A stretch of DNA of 64,000 nucleotides from Oligoflexales bacterium (GCA_045105515.1 JBGCDR010000060.1:1-64000), one strand, 5' to 3'. Positions 9,437 to 19,586 are shown, numbered from the stretch's first letter. Numbers and translations: made by a program. Notes: generated by a model not told the origin, from the sequence alone.

Positions 9437-11128
9437 ATAATGGCCGATATGGTTAATCCTTTTTTGCACTGAATTTGCTACTTCCTTCCCAACCAAAATT
9501 GAAATAGCCTGGGGTACAAGTTGAGGGTTATTTTTCAAGTACATTATTTTCTTTGCAAGTTTTTCAGATGGAAACATCCTCCTTAGCTGTTGTTCTCCAG
9601 CTTGTAGGTAAAAGGATGTAACAAACGAAAATCCATGATCAATCAAAATTATTTGACCATCAGATTGAATTAAATAGTTATCTAAATTTCGATCTATATT
9701 GTCAATAATCCAATCAAACAAGACAATGTCGTTAGTGAGCCGGCTATGCCCTTTACCTTTAGATAGCTTATGATTCTTTATAGGAAACCTAGGATTAACA
9801 CGGCTTAGATCCCTTGCCTTGTAGGTATTTTTAATATAATACTGCAACGATCCAATTTTATTATCTAGAGGCACCGTAAGCTTGGTCATGGGAACCATAT
9901 TGAGATCGAGAAGTCTATCCATATGAAATGCTGCTACTTCGTTTTTATGTCCTGCAGCAATATATGCTAGCATGTTTTTATTCCCCTGACGAAAATTAAG
10001 AACTGCCTTTGGTTTATATACACCAAGGATTTCATGAGGAAATTCTACCTTAAAACTTTTAGAAATCCCTCCTCCTAAAGAACGTACATCAATGATGGCT
10101 CCAGGATGCATAATCTTATTGTAAACATACGATTCCAATTCCACTGCCAAAGATTCAAAACCTTTTCTTCTTAGCCTCCATACAGCTCTTTGTAGGTGTT
10201 TATCGGCAATTAACTTCGCCAAAGAAGCATCTCCCTGATGAAATGTTCTAATCAAGTAATAAGTATAATCATCAGCCACGGGAGTCATTACATGGCGTTT
10301 TGCAGGATTACCATAGCTATCTATTTGCTTCGAATATTTAGACTTAGGCTGGAAAAACCTTAATACAATACCGTCACTGGGGTATCTATTATTTGATGCC
10401 TTCGAAATCTCCAAGAAGAATTTATTTTTATAGACAGATTTAAGCTCACGTATGCTGTTATAAAGGTCCACAGCATCAAGCCCAAAATGATTTCCTTCTA
10501 CAAGGTCAACCATATATTTTGTCTCCAAAATTTTACCTGGATAAGACCTTGTTTGTCTCTTGTAATAACTACGGTAATGCAGCATTTTTTTAAAAGAATC
10601 TTTGTGAATGTTTTCCAATTCTTTATTGAAATCTGCCAATAAGTGCGGGCTATCACTTAAAAGATCAACCAATCGTTCATCGTAATCATTTCTGAAGGCT
10701 AAAAATTGTATTCGTAGCCTATCAATAATGCCGTCTAGAGAATCTAGCGATTGCCTAAATTTTTCCATGGGTTTTACCTGGGAAAAATGCCGTTCTTTTT
10801 GCCTCCAAATCTGATAAATAATATTTTTTATCTTTTTTTTATATCTACCTCTGACAAATATCTTAGAATTTTTGCACCAATCCTTATAGATAAATTTGGG
10901 TACTTCATGACTTTTAGGAATTACTAAATAATATGGAAAAAAACTTCGCGGATAATGTAAAGCTAGGTTTATATAGTCACTTAAATATTTTTCTAGTATT
11001 ACATCCAAGCTATATTCAGATATTTCAAAATCGCCTTGCTCCAAAACTTTTGGCCTGTTTATAGCGAATGAACCTTTTTCAAATATAATAGTTACTACTA
11101 GAAAAAATAAGAATAAAAATATCCTCAT
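9371..11128 (-). CDS. Secreted protein with C-terminal PI3/PI4-kinase-like (atypical kinase) domain
   Basis: Signal peptide MRIFLFLFFLVV...SFA; LGGGIS, VYKP, NEVAAF..DRLL....VP, GSLQ, DWIIDNIDRNLDN, LIDHG. Track start 11197. Confidence 0.7.
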   Translation of the reverse strand: MRIFLFLFFLVVTIIFEKGSFAINRPKVLEQGDFEISEYSLDVILEKYLSDYINLALHYPRSFFPYYLVIPKSHEVPKFIYKDWCKNSKIFVRGRYKKKIKNIIYQIWRQKERHFSQVKPMEKFRQSLDSLDGIIDRLRIQFLAFRNDYDERLVDLLSDSPHLLADFNKELENIHKDSFKKMLHYRSYYKRQTRSYPGKILETKYMVDLVEGNHFGLDAVDLYNSIRELKSVYKNKFFLEISKASNNRYPSDGIVLRFFQPKSKYSKQIDSYGNPAKRHVMTPVADDYTYYLIRTFHQGDASLAKLIADKHLQRAVWRLRRKGFESLAVELESYVYNKIMHPGAIIDVRSLGGGISKSFKVEFPHEILGVYKPKAVLNFRQGNKNMLAYIAAGHKNEVAAFHMDRLLDLNMVPMTKLTVPLDNKIGSLQYYIKNTYKARDLSRVNPRFPIKNHKLSKGKGHSRLTNDIVLFDWIIDNIDRNLDNYLIQSDGQIILIDHGFSFVTSFYLQAGEQQLRRMFPSEKLAKKIMYLKNNPQLVPQAISILVGKEVANSVQKRINHIGHYLETYTQANPSHKKAIETGSGA

Positions 11129-11226
11129 ACCTGAATCCATTATAATATAATTTTTTGCTAAATATTTTTTAGATTTATAGATTCTAATATGAGGCATGCT
11201 AATTCAAGATGCAACGACTTTTCCAA

Positions 11227-12084
11227 CTATTTTTCAGCATCTGGTTCAACATCATAAGTAACCGGAGGAGGGCTATCATTCCCTTCACTAAAAAAACCCT
11301 TTGTATATTTTTCTGGATTTAATTGATCTAGATCTATAATCCGATTAAAAGAGACATCCAGCCTTTCAAGCTTAGATAGATTATTGAGGACAGCAATATT
11401 TTTTATTTGGTTTTCGAATAGCGAAAGAATCTTTAATGATTTTAAATTCTGCAATGGACCAACGTCATAAATTTGATTATGTCCTAATTTCAAAACCTCC
11501 AAATTTTTCAAATTCGCAAGGGATGAAATATCAGTAATTTTATTATTCCAGAGATCTAGAAATTTCAACTTCGTAAGACGTTGAAATGGTCTTAGGTCTA
11601 CTAAGTTTTCACTTTGATAGGTTAAAGATGTCTTCTTCCTTAGCTGTTCGTATATATCCTGACAACTTGGTACATTTTCTCCATCAATATACGGTTTAGA
11701 TATAATGGCAACAGTATGTTTAATGTCATCCGAATCTGGATCACTGCAGTGTCTAAAAAAGTTTTTGGGTGCAGTAGAATTACTACATTGATCACCATTC
11801 CAATAAAAGTCATTTCCAAGAAACTGACATTCAGAATCAGAACTAGGTACAGTGCAAAGATAATCACCCTGATTCCAACTCGCACCTTTAATCGCTGAAC
11901 ACTGCTTTTTGTCCAGGCTCCCTTTTTCGGGTTTGACACATTTTGAACCGGACCAAAGGTATCCTTCAGCAGCTTTTTCCCGACACAGCTCTTCAGCAGA
12001 CTTTCCTTTATCTTGCTTACAAGCTGGACCAGTGACAAAAAGCCACAAACACCTAATAATCAATATTTTTTTTACGTCAAACAC
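11227..12084 (-). CDS. Leucine-rich-repeat (internalin-like) probable lipoprotein with Cys/Trp repeats
   Basis: About five LxxLxxLxLxxNxI repeats; GPA-C lipobox-like site; three C-x(7-9)-W-x(4-6)-C units. Start moved to GTG 12084 because the track start 12117 abuts the promoter. Confidence 0.75.
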   Translation of the reverse strand: MFDVKKILIIRCLWLFVTGPACKQDKGKSAEELCREKAAEGYLWSGSKCVKPEKGSLDKKQCSAIKGASWNQGDYLCTVPSSDSECQFLGNDFYWNGDQCSNSTAPKNFFRHCSDPDSDDIKHTVAIISKPYIDGENVPSCQDIYEQLRKKTSLTYQSENLVDLRPFQRLTKLKFLDLWNNKITDISSLANLKNLEVLKLGHNQIYDVGPLQNLKSLKILSLFENQIKNIAVLNNLSKLERLDVSFNRIIDLDQLNPEKYTKGFFSEGNDSPPPVTYDVEPDAEK

Positions 12085-12121
12085 CTTGATGACTCTCTGT
12101 AATGTGCCTTTTGGCAATAGG

Positions 12122-12149
12122 TAATCGGAGTTAATAAGATTAAACTTTA
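12122..12149 (-). promoter_or_regulatory. sigma28/FliA-like promoter
   Basis: TAAAGTTT...TCCGATTA (TAAA-N16-TCCGATTA), close to the TAAAGTTT-N11-GCCGATAA consensus. Confidence 0.7.
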
Positions 12150-12205
12150 AGATATTTTTTAGATAATCATGTGAAATGTCGGATGATTAACTCTTTACAT
12201 CTAAC

Positions 12206-13087
12206 TTAAATTATATACCTATTCAGATCCCCTTGAATATCATCCGCAATAACACGGCCTTTTTCATCCTTTTTGCATCTCGATGCAGAGACTTTAGGAT
12301 CATGGGTATAAAACATCAACCAATTCTCAGGCAAAGCTCGCTTGTATAAGGCCATTTTTTCGTCGATTAACAATTCCGGAAATCGGTCATAACCCATAGT
12401 AATAGGGGTATGTAACCATGCACTTCCAGGAACGAGATCACCACAGAAGAATACTGTTTCTTTGTCTCCTCTGAAAATTGTTAACATCTGGCCCGGGGTG
12501 TGACCATCTGAAAAGAAAAAGCTCATCCTTCCATCAAACATGTCAAATGTTGTTCCCCTTTCCACAAAAATACATCGGTCCATAGCATCATGCAGCTTAT
12601 CACTCAACAGTGGTATAAATGATGCTTTATCCCGAGGGTGAGGATTTTTACTACGCATAAACGCTTCTTTTCCCATGATATACTTTGCTTTTGGGAACAA
12701 GAGATTGTCATCCCCATTTATAATATCCCTATATTTGGGCAAAAGTCCTCCAGCGTGGTCAAAGTGCAGATGAGATAGAACAACGTACGTAATATCATTT
12801 TGTTCAATTCCGAGTTCTTTAAGTTTAGCTAATAAAAGATGTTCCTCTGGATTTTGAACCCCATATCTCTCTGCAAATTTGGGTTCAAAAAATGCGCCGA
12901 TTCCTGTTTCACATAAGATTTTATAGTCTGGACCTTCAATTAATAGGGCACGGCATGCTAACTCAATACGATTGAGTGAATCTGCTTCTGACCAACGACT
13001 CCAAAGAGCCTTGGGGGCATTGCCATACATAGATCCACCATCCAAACGCTGACGATTCCCCTCGATTGCAGTGATTGTAAAACCCAC
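12206..13087 (-). CDS. MBL-fold metallo-hydrolase (YtnP-like)
   Basis: LDGGSMYG..PK.LW, SHLHFDHAGG, GHTPG, GDLVP, MGYD, HDP; RBS AGGAG before GTG. Confidence 0.9.
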   Translation of the reverse strand: MGFTITAIEGNRQRLDGGSMYGNAPKALWSRWSEADSLNRIELACRALLIEGPDYKILCETGIGAFFEPKFAERYGVQNPEEHLLLAKLKELGIEQNDITYVVLSHLHFDHAGGLLPKYRDIINGDDNLLFPKAKYIMGKEAFMRSKNPHPRDKASFIPLLSDKLHDAMDRCIFVERGTTFDMFDGRMSFFFSDGHTPGQMLTIFRGDKETVFFCGDLVPGSAWLHTPITMGYDRFPELLIDEKMALYKRALPENWLMFYTHDPKVSASRCKKDEKGRVIADDIQGDLNRYII

Positions 13088-13140
13088 CTAATCTCCTATC
13101 ACCTAGATAACTAAATTTATTAGCTTATATAAAGATCTAT

Positions 13141-13167
13141 TCAAGCTTGAGGTAAAAAATCCGATCA
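13141..13167 (+). promoter_or_regulatory. sigma28/FliA-like promoter
   Basis: TCAA-N15-TCCGATCA upstream of the metallopeptidase. Confidence 0.6.
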
Positions 13168-13237
13168 TGCTCAGTGAATAGAGCCACCAGATTCTATTTA
13201 GAACGGCTTGTATTCAGAGTCAAGACCAGGACAGCAT

Positions 13238-15106
13238 ATGAAGCAAGTAAAATCATCAATATTTTCTCTATTAATTGTCTCAAGCCTATTTGGTATTTGG
13301 AACAAAACATCTGATGCCTTTTCTTGGCCTATAGAACATTTATTTGATCAGGTTAGGCAATCTGTAGAAAAAGAGACTATAGAGGTAAGTATTCACCCAT
13401 TTCTAGAGCATAATCAGTTCTCATTGTTGGATATAAAGGAACGAATTTTACAACGAATTGAGCGCGGTGAAATTAGGATGGAAGATGGCCTAATCGCCAT
13501 ACTATCAAAACATATTCCCGAAGAATTAGCCGAGATCAAGATTAAGACAGCCCCAATAAGTGAAAATAAGCTTTCTCTCCAAGGTCACACTTCAAGAAAG
13601 ATCGTAAGTGCTGGCTTAGAGCTCAATGGCACTCCCTTCTGTGAATACGAAGTCAAAGCTTTTCAAAACCAGTTAGGATCCGTAAGCATGATTGGACGCT
13701 TACCTACCCTCCCACCCTATGCTACTTTTTCCCGATTAGAAGATTGGCCTGATATTCATGAAAGCTGGGCACTGGCGAAAGAGGAAATTACAGCAACGAC
13801 ATTTGTCGATAATGAAGAGCCTAAGCTCATAAGCTATAAGAGGTGCTATGATGTACACGGTGATAGCATTGTGGGCCTATGGAAAATAGTCGGAAGAGTC
13901 GCCGGAAGAAGCTACACTGTCCTAACTGACAACCACCAGGTCTATCAAATAAGCCCTCTTTATTTTGAAGTTGATGGAAATATTCAAGCATACCGATTAA
14001 ACCCAAAAGATGGACAATTAGCGACATTCACCACCAAGTTAACAGGAGATGGGTATCTTAGAAGTACTTTTTTCGAGACGAATACTGATTCAAATACTAC
14101 AACAGCCGAAGATGAAGCCTTTTCTCAAGATCACAATTTTATCTATCAACCGAATGAACCTGAGTTTGCTGAAGCATCTGTGTTTATACACGCTACGAAT
14201 ATGCTCGCGTTCTTCCAAGGTCTAGGTTATGGATTCGTGGAAAAACAACCCATACTCCTAGAGGTTCATGCAGTATTGGGAAATAACCAAAATAATGCTC
14301 TCTACCAACCTCCTGGAGCGGTATACGCTAACCAAGCAGTAATTTCTATTGGTGATGGAGATGGCTCTGTACTCAAAAATCTAGCTCTTGATTCAGATGT
14401 GGTTTCCCATGAATTTGGACATCATGTTGTATTCAATACTTTAAAAACCACTTCCGGTGACTCTTTAGTTTTACATGAAGGTCTTGCAGATTTTTTTGCC
14501 TTTTCCCGGACTTCAGACCCATGTCTAGGCGAGTCAATTTGTCCAGCAGGTTCAACTAGCTGTATGATTGAATCAAGCTGTTTACGTACAGCCGATCTCA
14601 ACCTGGCTTATGGTGATAGCCAATATGAAATCCTTGGACCACATTTAAAGGGGCAGGTGGTTTCAGGTATGCTGTGGAATTTAAGAGAAAGTATGGGCTT
14701 GGAAAGTATTACTAATGTTACTTATTCTGCCCTCGATTATTTTGTGAGAGATACTGGCTACCAGGATTTTTTAGTGTCACTTATGCTTGCAGATCAAGAT
14801 CTAAATCAAGGTTCAAATGCATGTACAATTTATGACGCAGCCGTAGCAAAAGGACTATCATCTTTCCTCCAGGGAATTGATTGCAATAATTCAAGCTCAT
14901 GGCCTTCTCCCGGCAGCCAACAGTCCTCAGGAAACTCAACTGTGGAATCTTCCAGAAACAGCTCGAGTTCGGATAGTGATTTTTTTAACTGTGGGGCTAT
15001 CGGTTCTGGACAGAACAAAAATAGCAGTCATTTAAGTCTACTTGTACTTTTTCTACTACCTCTTCTTGCTTTAGCACTCATTGGAAAAAACCCTAGAATT
15101 GGGTAA
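13238..15106 (+). CDS. Secreted M36/M4-like (fungalysin/thermolysin-type) zinc metallopeptidase with C-terminal membrane anchor
   Basis: Signal peptide, propeptide, NNALY, DSDVVSHEFGH (HExxH), LHEGLADF, late His; Ser-rich linker, Cys, TM helix and basic tail. Track start 13208. Confidence 0.82.
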   Translation: MKQVKSSIFSLLIVSSLFGIWNKTSDAFSWPIEHLFDQVRQSVEKETIEVSIHPFLEHNQFSLLDIKERILQRIERGEIRMEDGLIAILSKHIPEELAEIKIKTAPISENKLSLQGHTSRKIVSAGLELNGTPFCEYEVKAFQNQLGSVSMIGRLPTLPPYATFSRLEDWPDIHESWALAKEEITATTFVDNEEPKLISYKRCYDVHGDSIVGLWKIVGRVAGRSYTVLTDNHQVYQISPLYFEVDGNIQAYRLNPKDGQLATFTTKLTGDGYLRSTFFETNTDSNTTTAEDEAFSQDHNFIYQPNEPEFAEASVFIHATNMLAFFQGLGYGFVEKQPILLEVHAVLGNNQNNALYQPPGAVYANQAVISIGDGDGSVLKNLALDSDVVSHEFGHHVVFNTLKTTSGDSLVLHEGLADFFAFSRTSDPCLGESICPAGSTSCMIESSCLRTADLNLAYGDSQYEILGPHLKGQVVSGMLWNLRESMGLESITNVTYSALDYFVRDTGYQDFLVSLMLADQDLNQGSNACTIYDAAVAKGLSSFLQGIDCNNSSSWPSPGSQQSSGNSTVESSRNSSSSDSDFFNCGAIGSGQNKNSSHLSLLVLFLLPLLALALIGKNPRIG

Positions 15107-15116
15107 GAGTTGCATA

Positions 15117-15143
15117 TTAACTTTATCAAAATTCGCTCGATAA
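15117..15143 (+). promoter_or_regulatory. sigma28/FliA-like promoter (weaker match)
   Basis: TTAA-N15-CTCGATAA upstream of 15198. Confidence 0.45.
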
Positions 15144-15197
15144 CAACCTTACAAGCAAAATAGATTAAAGTACTAGCTGAATGAACGGGGTACCTTT

Positions 15198-16247
15198 ATG
15201 AGTCCTAAGACCTTAAAGCCAATTGGAATCATTTTTTCCATGTTATCGTTTCTAGTGATTGAAGCTAAGGAAATTAGAGCTGGATACTTTAATCCCATCA
15301 GTGACGACAAACAAGAAAAACAAGTGATACTCACTCTTGGAGTTATCTGGGAAGGTCAGGACTTATTTCCTCACAATTTGAAAGCTTTGAGACAGATCAA
15401 AGAAGACTTACCTTGGATTCCAATGATCCAATTTCTAAATCCAGCCTATTTTACTAAACCTGATACGAACTCAAGCCAAACTCTGGATAAAATTAAAAAT
15501 ACCATAAGTAGCAAGGATATTATCGGCCTCCATCTGCATCCTTGGCGTGGTTTCATTCAATATGCTGGGATCATTTTTCGCAAACAGCCTACCTTTTGGG
15601 GAAACCAGCTTTCAGATCAAAGTTACTCACAAGAGTGGGGTCATGAAGTTCCATTAAGCATTTATACAGAAGACGAGATAACAAGGATGATTAAACGTAG
15701 CCAGTATTTGTTTTCCAAAAACGGTTTAAGGGAGCCGGATGTATTTATGGCTGGAGGATGGATGGCAGCACCACATGTCCTTGAAGCTGTTAGGAAATGT
15801 GGAATACTTTACGATGCATCTGCAATCCCGATTGAAATTATGAAAAATAGGTTAAAACATTTTCCGCTTTTTAATTGGCTCAAAAATATTTGGGGTTCAA
15901 TGGACCCACCTTATCAACCTTTTTATTCTCAAACTGAAAAAGGTTCTCTTGGTCAAATAGTCCTTAATGGAGGAATCCCTGACTACAATAGCAGCAAAGA
16001 AATAGTAGAGCGCTTCTCTAGGATTCTTGAAACTGAGCACTCTGGAAGAGCTAATAGCTTTCATTTTCATCTTGCAATCTATCAAGAGACTGCCTGGAGC
16101 ACGCTCCGATCCCTAATGAGCACTGTAAACCAATTAAAGAAGTATGCTTCGGCGAATAATGTCCAATTTATAGATTTCCATAAGTTAGAGGACTTATTTC
16201 CTAGAAAGAGAAAGGTCTTTAAAGTTAAGTTAAGTTCTAAGAATTGA
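15198..16247 (+). CDS. Exported polysaccharide deacetylase-like (NodB-fold) protein
   Basis: Signal-like N-terminus; FLNPAY, IGLHLH, FMAGGW, YDAS motifs. Confidence 0.6.
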   Translation: MSPKTLKPIGIIFSMLSFLVIEAKEIRAGYFNPISDDKQEKQVILTLGVIWEGQDLFPHNLKALRQIKEDLPWIPMIQFLNPAYFTKPDTNSSQTLDKIKNTISSKDIIGLHLHPWRGFIQYAGIIFRKQPTFWGNQLSDQSYSQEWGHEVPLSIYTEDEITRMIKRSQYLFSKNGLREPDVFMAGGWMAAPHVLEAVRKCGILYDASAIPIEIMKNRLKHFPLFNWLKNIWGSMDPPYQPFYSQTEKGSLGQIVLNGGIPDYNSSKEIVERFSRILETEHSGRANSFHFHLAIYQETAWSTLRSLMSTVNQLKKYASANNVQFIDFHKLEDLFPRKRKVFKVKLSSKN

Positions 16248-16313
16248 AGTATAAATCTTTGATGTTTTTACCTTTCTTAAACCTTTCCAGATATTATTTA
16301 CCCATTAGACTCC

Positions 16314-16341
16314 TCAATTTTTTACTCCTGCCAGTCGATAG
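16314..16341 (+). promoter_or_regulatory. sigma28/FliA-like promoter
   Basis: TCAA-N16-GTCGATAG upstream of the histidine kinase. Confidence 0.55.
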
Positions 16342-16386
16342 AACTAAAGAGTACACAAATTAGGGAAATACCGTAATCGAGATTCT

Positions 16387-17817
16387 ATGAAAGAGTCACT
16401 TGGTAAAAAATTACTGGTTCTTATATTGCTAAGTAGCTCCGTAGTAACTTTGGTTACTACCAGCTTCCAACTCTATATCGACTATAGAAAAGATTTGGGA
16501 AAGCTCAAAGAATCCATTCAATTGATTGAAAAAGCACATATAAATACTTTAACTACAAGTGTTTGGACCTTCGATAAAAAGCAGATAAAAAACATTCTTC
16601 ATGGTATTCAAGACAGTTCTGATGTTCAATTTGTTGGGATTTATGGAGAAAATGATAAAGAGATATATTCGGTAGGAAACCGAAGTGGATCTCAGGTAAT
16701 CGAAAAATCTATCCCTCTTATTTACCAAACTAATAATACTTCCCACAAAGTTGGAAACTTTTACATACACTTATCTCTTCATACTGTTCAAAAAAGGTTA
16801 GTAGACCGGATCCTTTTAGTCCTATTAGGCCAAGCACTTAAAACTTTCATCGTATCTTTTATAATTCTATTTTTAATTCGCTACTATATCACGCGTCACT
16901 TAGAAAATATTGCGTCCTTTCTGCAGCGACTCGACGTACGCAAAGGGAATGTTCCCCTAAAATTACAAAGAAAGCCACGAAATGATGAGATCAATGTTGT
17001 AGTTAAAAACATAAATAGTATGATTAGCGAGCTTAAATCGGTACTTGTGACCTTACAGGTAATGAATGAACGTTTGGAGCAAAAAGTAAAAGAAAGAACC
17101 TCTAAACTAAACTCATTACTAGTCAAAAATGAAAACTTATTGCGAGTGATTTGTCATGATGTGTCAAATCATATAACGGTCGTACAATCTTCTCTATTTC
17201 TATTAGGAAAAGACAAAGTCAAGAATGACCATGAAAAATTCAAGGAAAAGTTAACTAAAGCGCAAGGTCACAATGAAACCATTATTGAGATACTTGAGCA
17301 CGTTAAACAGCTTAAATCTCTTGAATCTGGAAAAGCTGCTTTAACCCTAGAAAAAGTTGAAGTATCTGAAATTATTTCTCAACTTCAGGATACTTTCGTA
17401 GAAAAAATAAAAGAAAAAAATATTAAATTTAATATCGAGGGAGCCAATTCACCAGTTTATGTTATGGCAGACAAAGTCAGTCTTAGGTCAAATATCCTAA
17501 ACAACCTAGTATCAAACGCGATTAAATTTACCCCACCAGGGGAGAGCATAACAATTGCTTTGGAAAGTAATCAGAAAACCGTGGATATCACCGTTGCGGA
17601 TAAAGGCATCGGGATTCCAGATGAGCTGATAAGAAAGATATTTGACCCTAATGAAAAAACATCGAGAAAAGGCACAGAAAATGAGGAAGGTACTGGATTT
17701 GGCTTGCCCATTGTATATATGTTCGTCCAATACAACAAAGGTGAAATTGTTGTTCAATCGGAAACAAGCGGTGAAAACCGGGGAACGAAATTTAAGATTT
17801 CACTGATGGCTGCCTAA
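16387..17817 (+). CDS. Membrane sensor histidine kinase (periplasmic sensor, HAMP, HisKA, HATPase)
   Basis: Two TM helices, ICHDVSN H-box, NLVSNAIKF, DKGIGI, GTGFGL; no adjacent response regulator. Confidence 0.9.
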   Translation: MKESLGKKLLVLILLSSSVVTLVTTSFQLYIDYRKDLGKLKESIQLIEKAHINTLTTSVWTFDKKQIKNILHGIQDSSDVQFVGIYGENDKEIYSVGNRSGSQVIEKSIPLIYQTNNTSHKVGNFYIHLSLHTVQKRLVDRILLVLLGQALKTFIVSFIILFLIRYYITRHLENIASFLQRLDVRKGNVPLKLQRKPRNDEINVVVKNINSMISELKSVLVTLQVMNERLEQKVKERTSKLNSLLVKNENLLRVICHDVSNHITVVQSSLFLLGKDKVKNDHEKFKEKLTKAQGHNETIIEILEHVKQLKSLESGKAALTLEKVEVSEIISQLQDTFVEKIKEKNIKFNIEGANSPVYVMADKVSLRSNILNNLVSNAIKFTPPGESITIALESNQKTVDITVADKGIGIPDELIRKIFDPNEKTSRKGTENEEGTGFGLPIVYMFVQYNKGEIVVQSETSGENRGTKFKISLMAA

Positions 17818-17992
17818 TTTCATTATTCTTAATACTTAACCTAAAATTCAGGTTCGTATATACTTTCAGTTTATCTGCTGACTTATCAGTATGATTGTTT
17901 AAAAAATTGTAGCGTTCAACTATGCTCAAATTTATAAATTTGAATATTGAACAAATACTCCAACAGAAAATATCAACACTTGTGAGGTCAAT

Positions 17993-19540
17993 ATGGATCT
18001 TAGTTTGGGTTCATTGAGATTTGATTTGCGAGCCGGAATCGTGGTGGCTTTGGTGGCCCTTCCACTCTGCTTAGGTATCGCGCTAGCTTCAAACGCACCT
18101 TTATTATCGGGACTGATCTCTGGAATCATTGGTGGGTTAGTAGTCTCAGTCATCAGCGGCTCTCACACAAGCGTAAGTGGCCCAGCTGCTGGCATTGCAG
18201 CTGTCGTAGCAAGCCAGATTTCAAGCTTGGGGAGTTTTGACTTATTTTTAGGAACTGTCGTTTTGGCAGGAATCTTCCAAATCCTATTTGGCTTAATGAG
18301 GACTGGATTTATAGCATCGTTTTTTCCTAACTGTGTTATCAAAGGCTTATTAGCAGGAATCGGAATCTTGCTCATATTGAAGCAGATCCCCCATCTGTTT
18401 GGTGAGGACTCAGACCCCACCGGAGATTTTGCCTTCTCACAAATCAACCATGAAACGACTTTTTCTCAAATATTAACTCTTTTTTCTCATATAGAGTTAG
18501 GAGCATGCTTTATTGGTTTATTATCTCTGGCAATCCTTCTTTACGGCGATCATTTTCGACTTATTAAACGCTTAACTATTCCCCTACCTTTATTCATTGT
18601 GGGACTTGGAGTCTTACTAAACTATCTATTTATCATTTTCTTTCCTCAGCTAGCTATTGGTACATCGCACTTAGTAAACCTTCCAAGCCTGGAAGAAGTT
18701 CAATTCAAAGACTTATGGCACTCTCACAGTATATTTTCATTAATAACCAATAAAACAGCATTAATAGGGGGCTTAACTATAGCAGTTATTGCTTCATTGG
18801 AAACTTTGCTAAATCTCAATGCTGTGGATAAGTTAGATCCAAGGCAAAGAATAAGTCCTCCTAACCGAGAACTAGTCGCCCAGGGAGTCGGCAATCTTAT
18901 TTGTGGATTTATAGGAGGCTTACCAATCACATCTGTTATCGTCAGAAGCTCAGCCAATATTTCAGCAGGCAATGCAAGCAAATGGTCAGCATTTTTGCAC
19001 GGAATCCTACTAACTATTGCTACCTTTGGGATACCCAGCCTACTGAATAGTATTCCTTTGTCAAGCTTAGCAGCAATATTAGTCGCCACTGGAATGAAGC
19101 TTGCCAACCCTAAGCTTGTTAAACGCATGAAAGAGGAGGGTTACCATCAACTCATACCATTTTTGGCTACTATCGTAGGGATTGTTTTCACAGACTTGTT
19201 AGTAGGAATCTTCATTGGACTAGTTTGCTCCATTGGCTTTATCCTATATTCAAACTATAAACGAGCATTCAAAGTAGAAATTGATAATAGCTCGAGTAGA
19301 AAAATTGTTAAGATAAAACTTCCTGTACATGTAAGCTTTTTAGCAAAACCATCGCTACAAAGGAGCTTGGATCTAATCCCACATAATAGCTTAGTTCAAA
19401 TTGATGGGCGTCAAAACGAATTCATAGACACTGATATCCAAGACCTCATTATTGACTTTCAAGAGAAAAGCACTAAAACGAAATCTCATGAAATAGAGTT
19501 AATGGGCCTTTCAGGTTTATCAAAACTCTCAAAAATATAA
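17993..19540 (+). CDS. SulP/SLC26 anion (sulfate/bicarbonate) transporter with short STAS-like tail
   Basis: DLRAGIVVALVALPLCLGIALAS, VSGPAAG, NRELVAQGVGN, PITSVIVRSSAN. Confidence 0.92.
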   Translation: MDLSLGSLRFDLRAGIVVALVALPLCLGIALASNAPLLSGLISGIIGGLVVSVISGSHTSVSGPAAGIAAVVASQISSLGSFDLFLGTVVLAGIFQILFGLMRTGFIASFFPNCVIKGLLAGIGILLILKQIPHLFGEDSDPTGDFAFSQINHETTFSQILTLFSHIELGACFIGLLSLAILLYGDHFRLIKRLTIPLPLFIVGLGVLLNYLFIIFFPQLAIGTSHLVNLPSLEEVQFKDLWHSHSIFSLITNKTALIGGLTIAVIASLETLLNLNAVDKLDPRQRISPPNRELVAQGVGNLICGFIGGLPITSVIVRSSANISAGNASKWSAFLHGILLTIATFGIPSLLNSIPLSSLAAILVATGMKLANPKLVKRMKEEGYHQLIPFLATIVGIVFTDLLVGIFIGLVCSIGFILYSNYKRAFKVEIDNSSSRKIVKIKLPVHVSFLAKPSLQRSLDLIPHNSLVQIDGRQNEFIDTDIQDLIIDFQEKSTKTKSHEIELMGLSGLSKLSKI

Positions 19541-19586
19541 ATCATAATAAATTTACAATACAATCGAAACATATGATACTCTTCAA

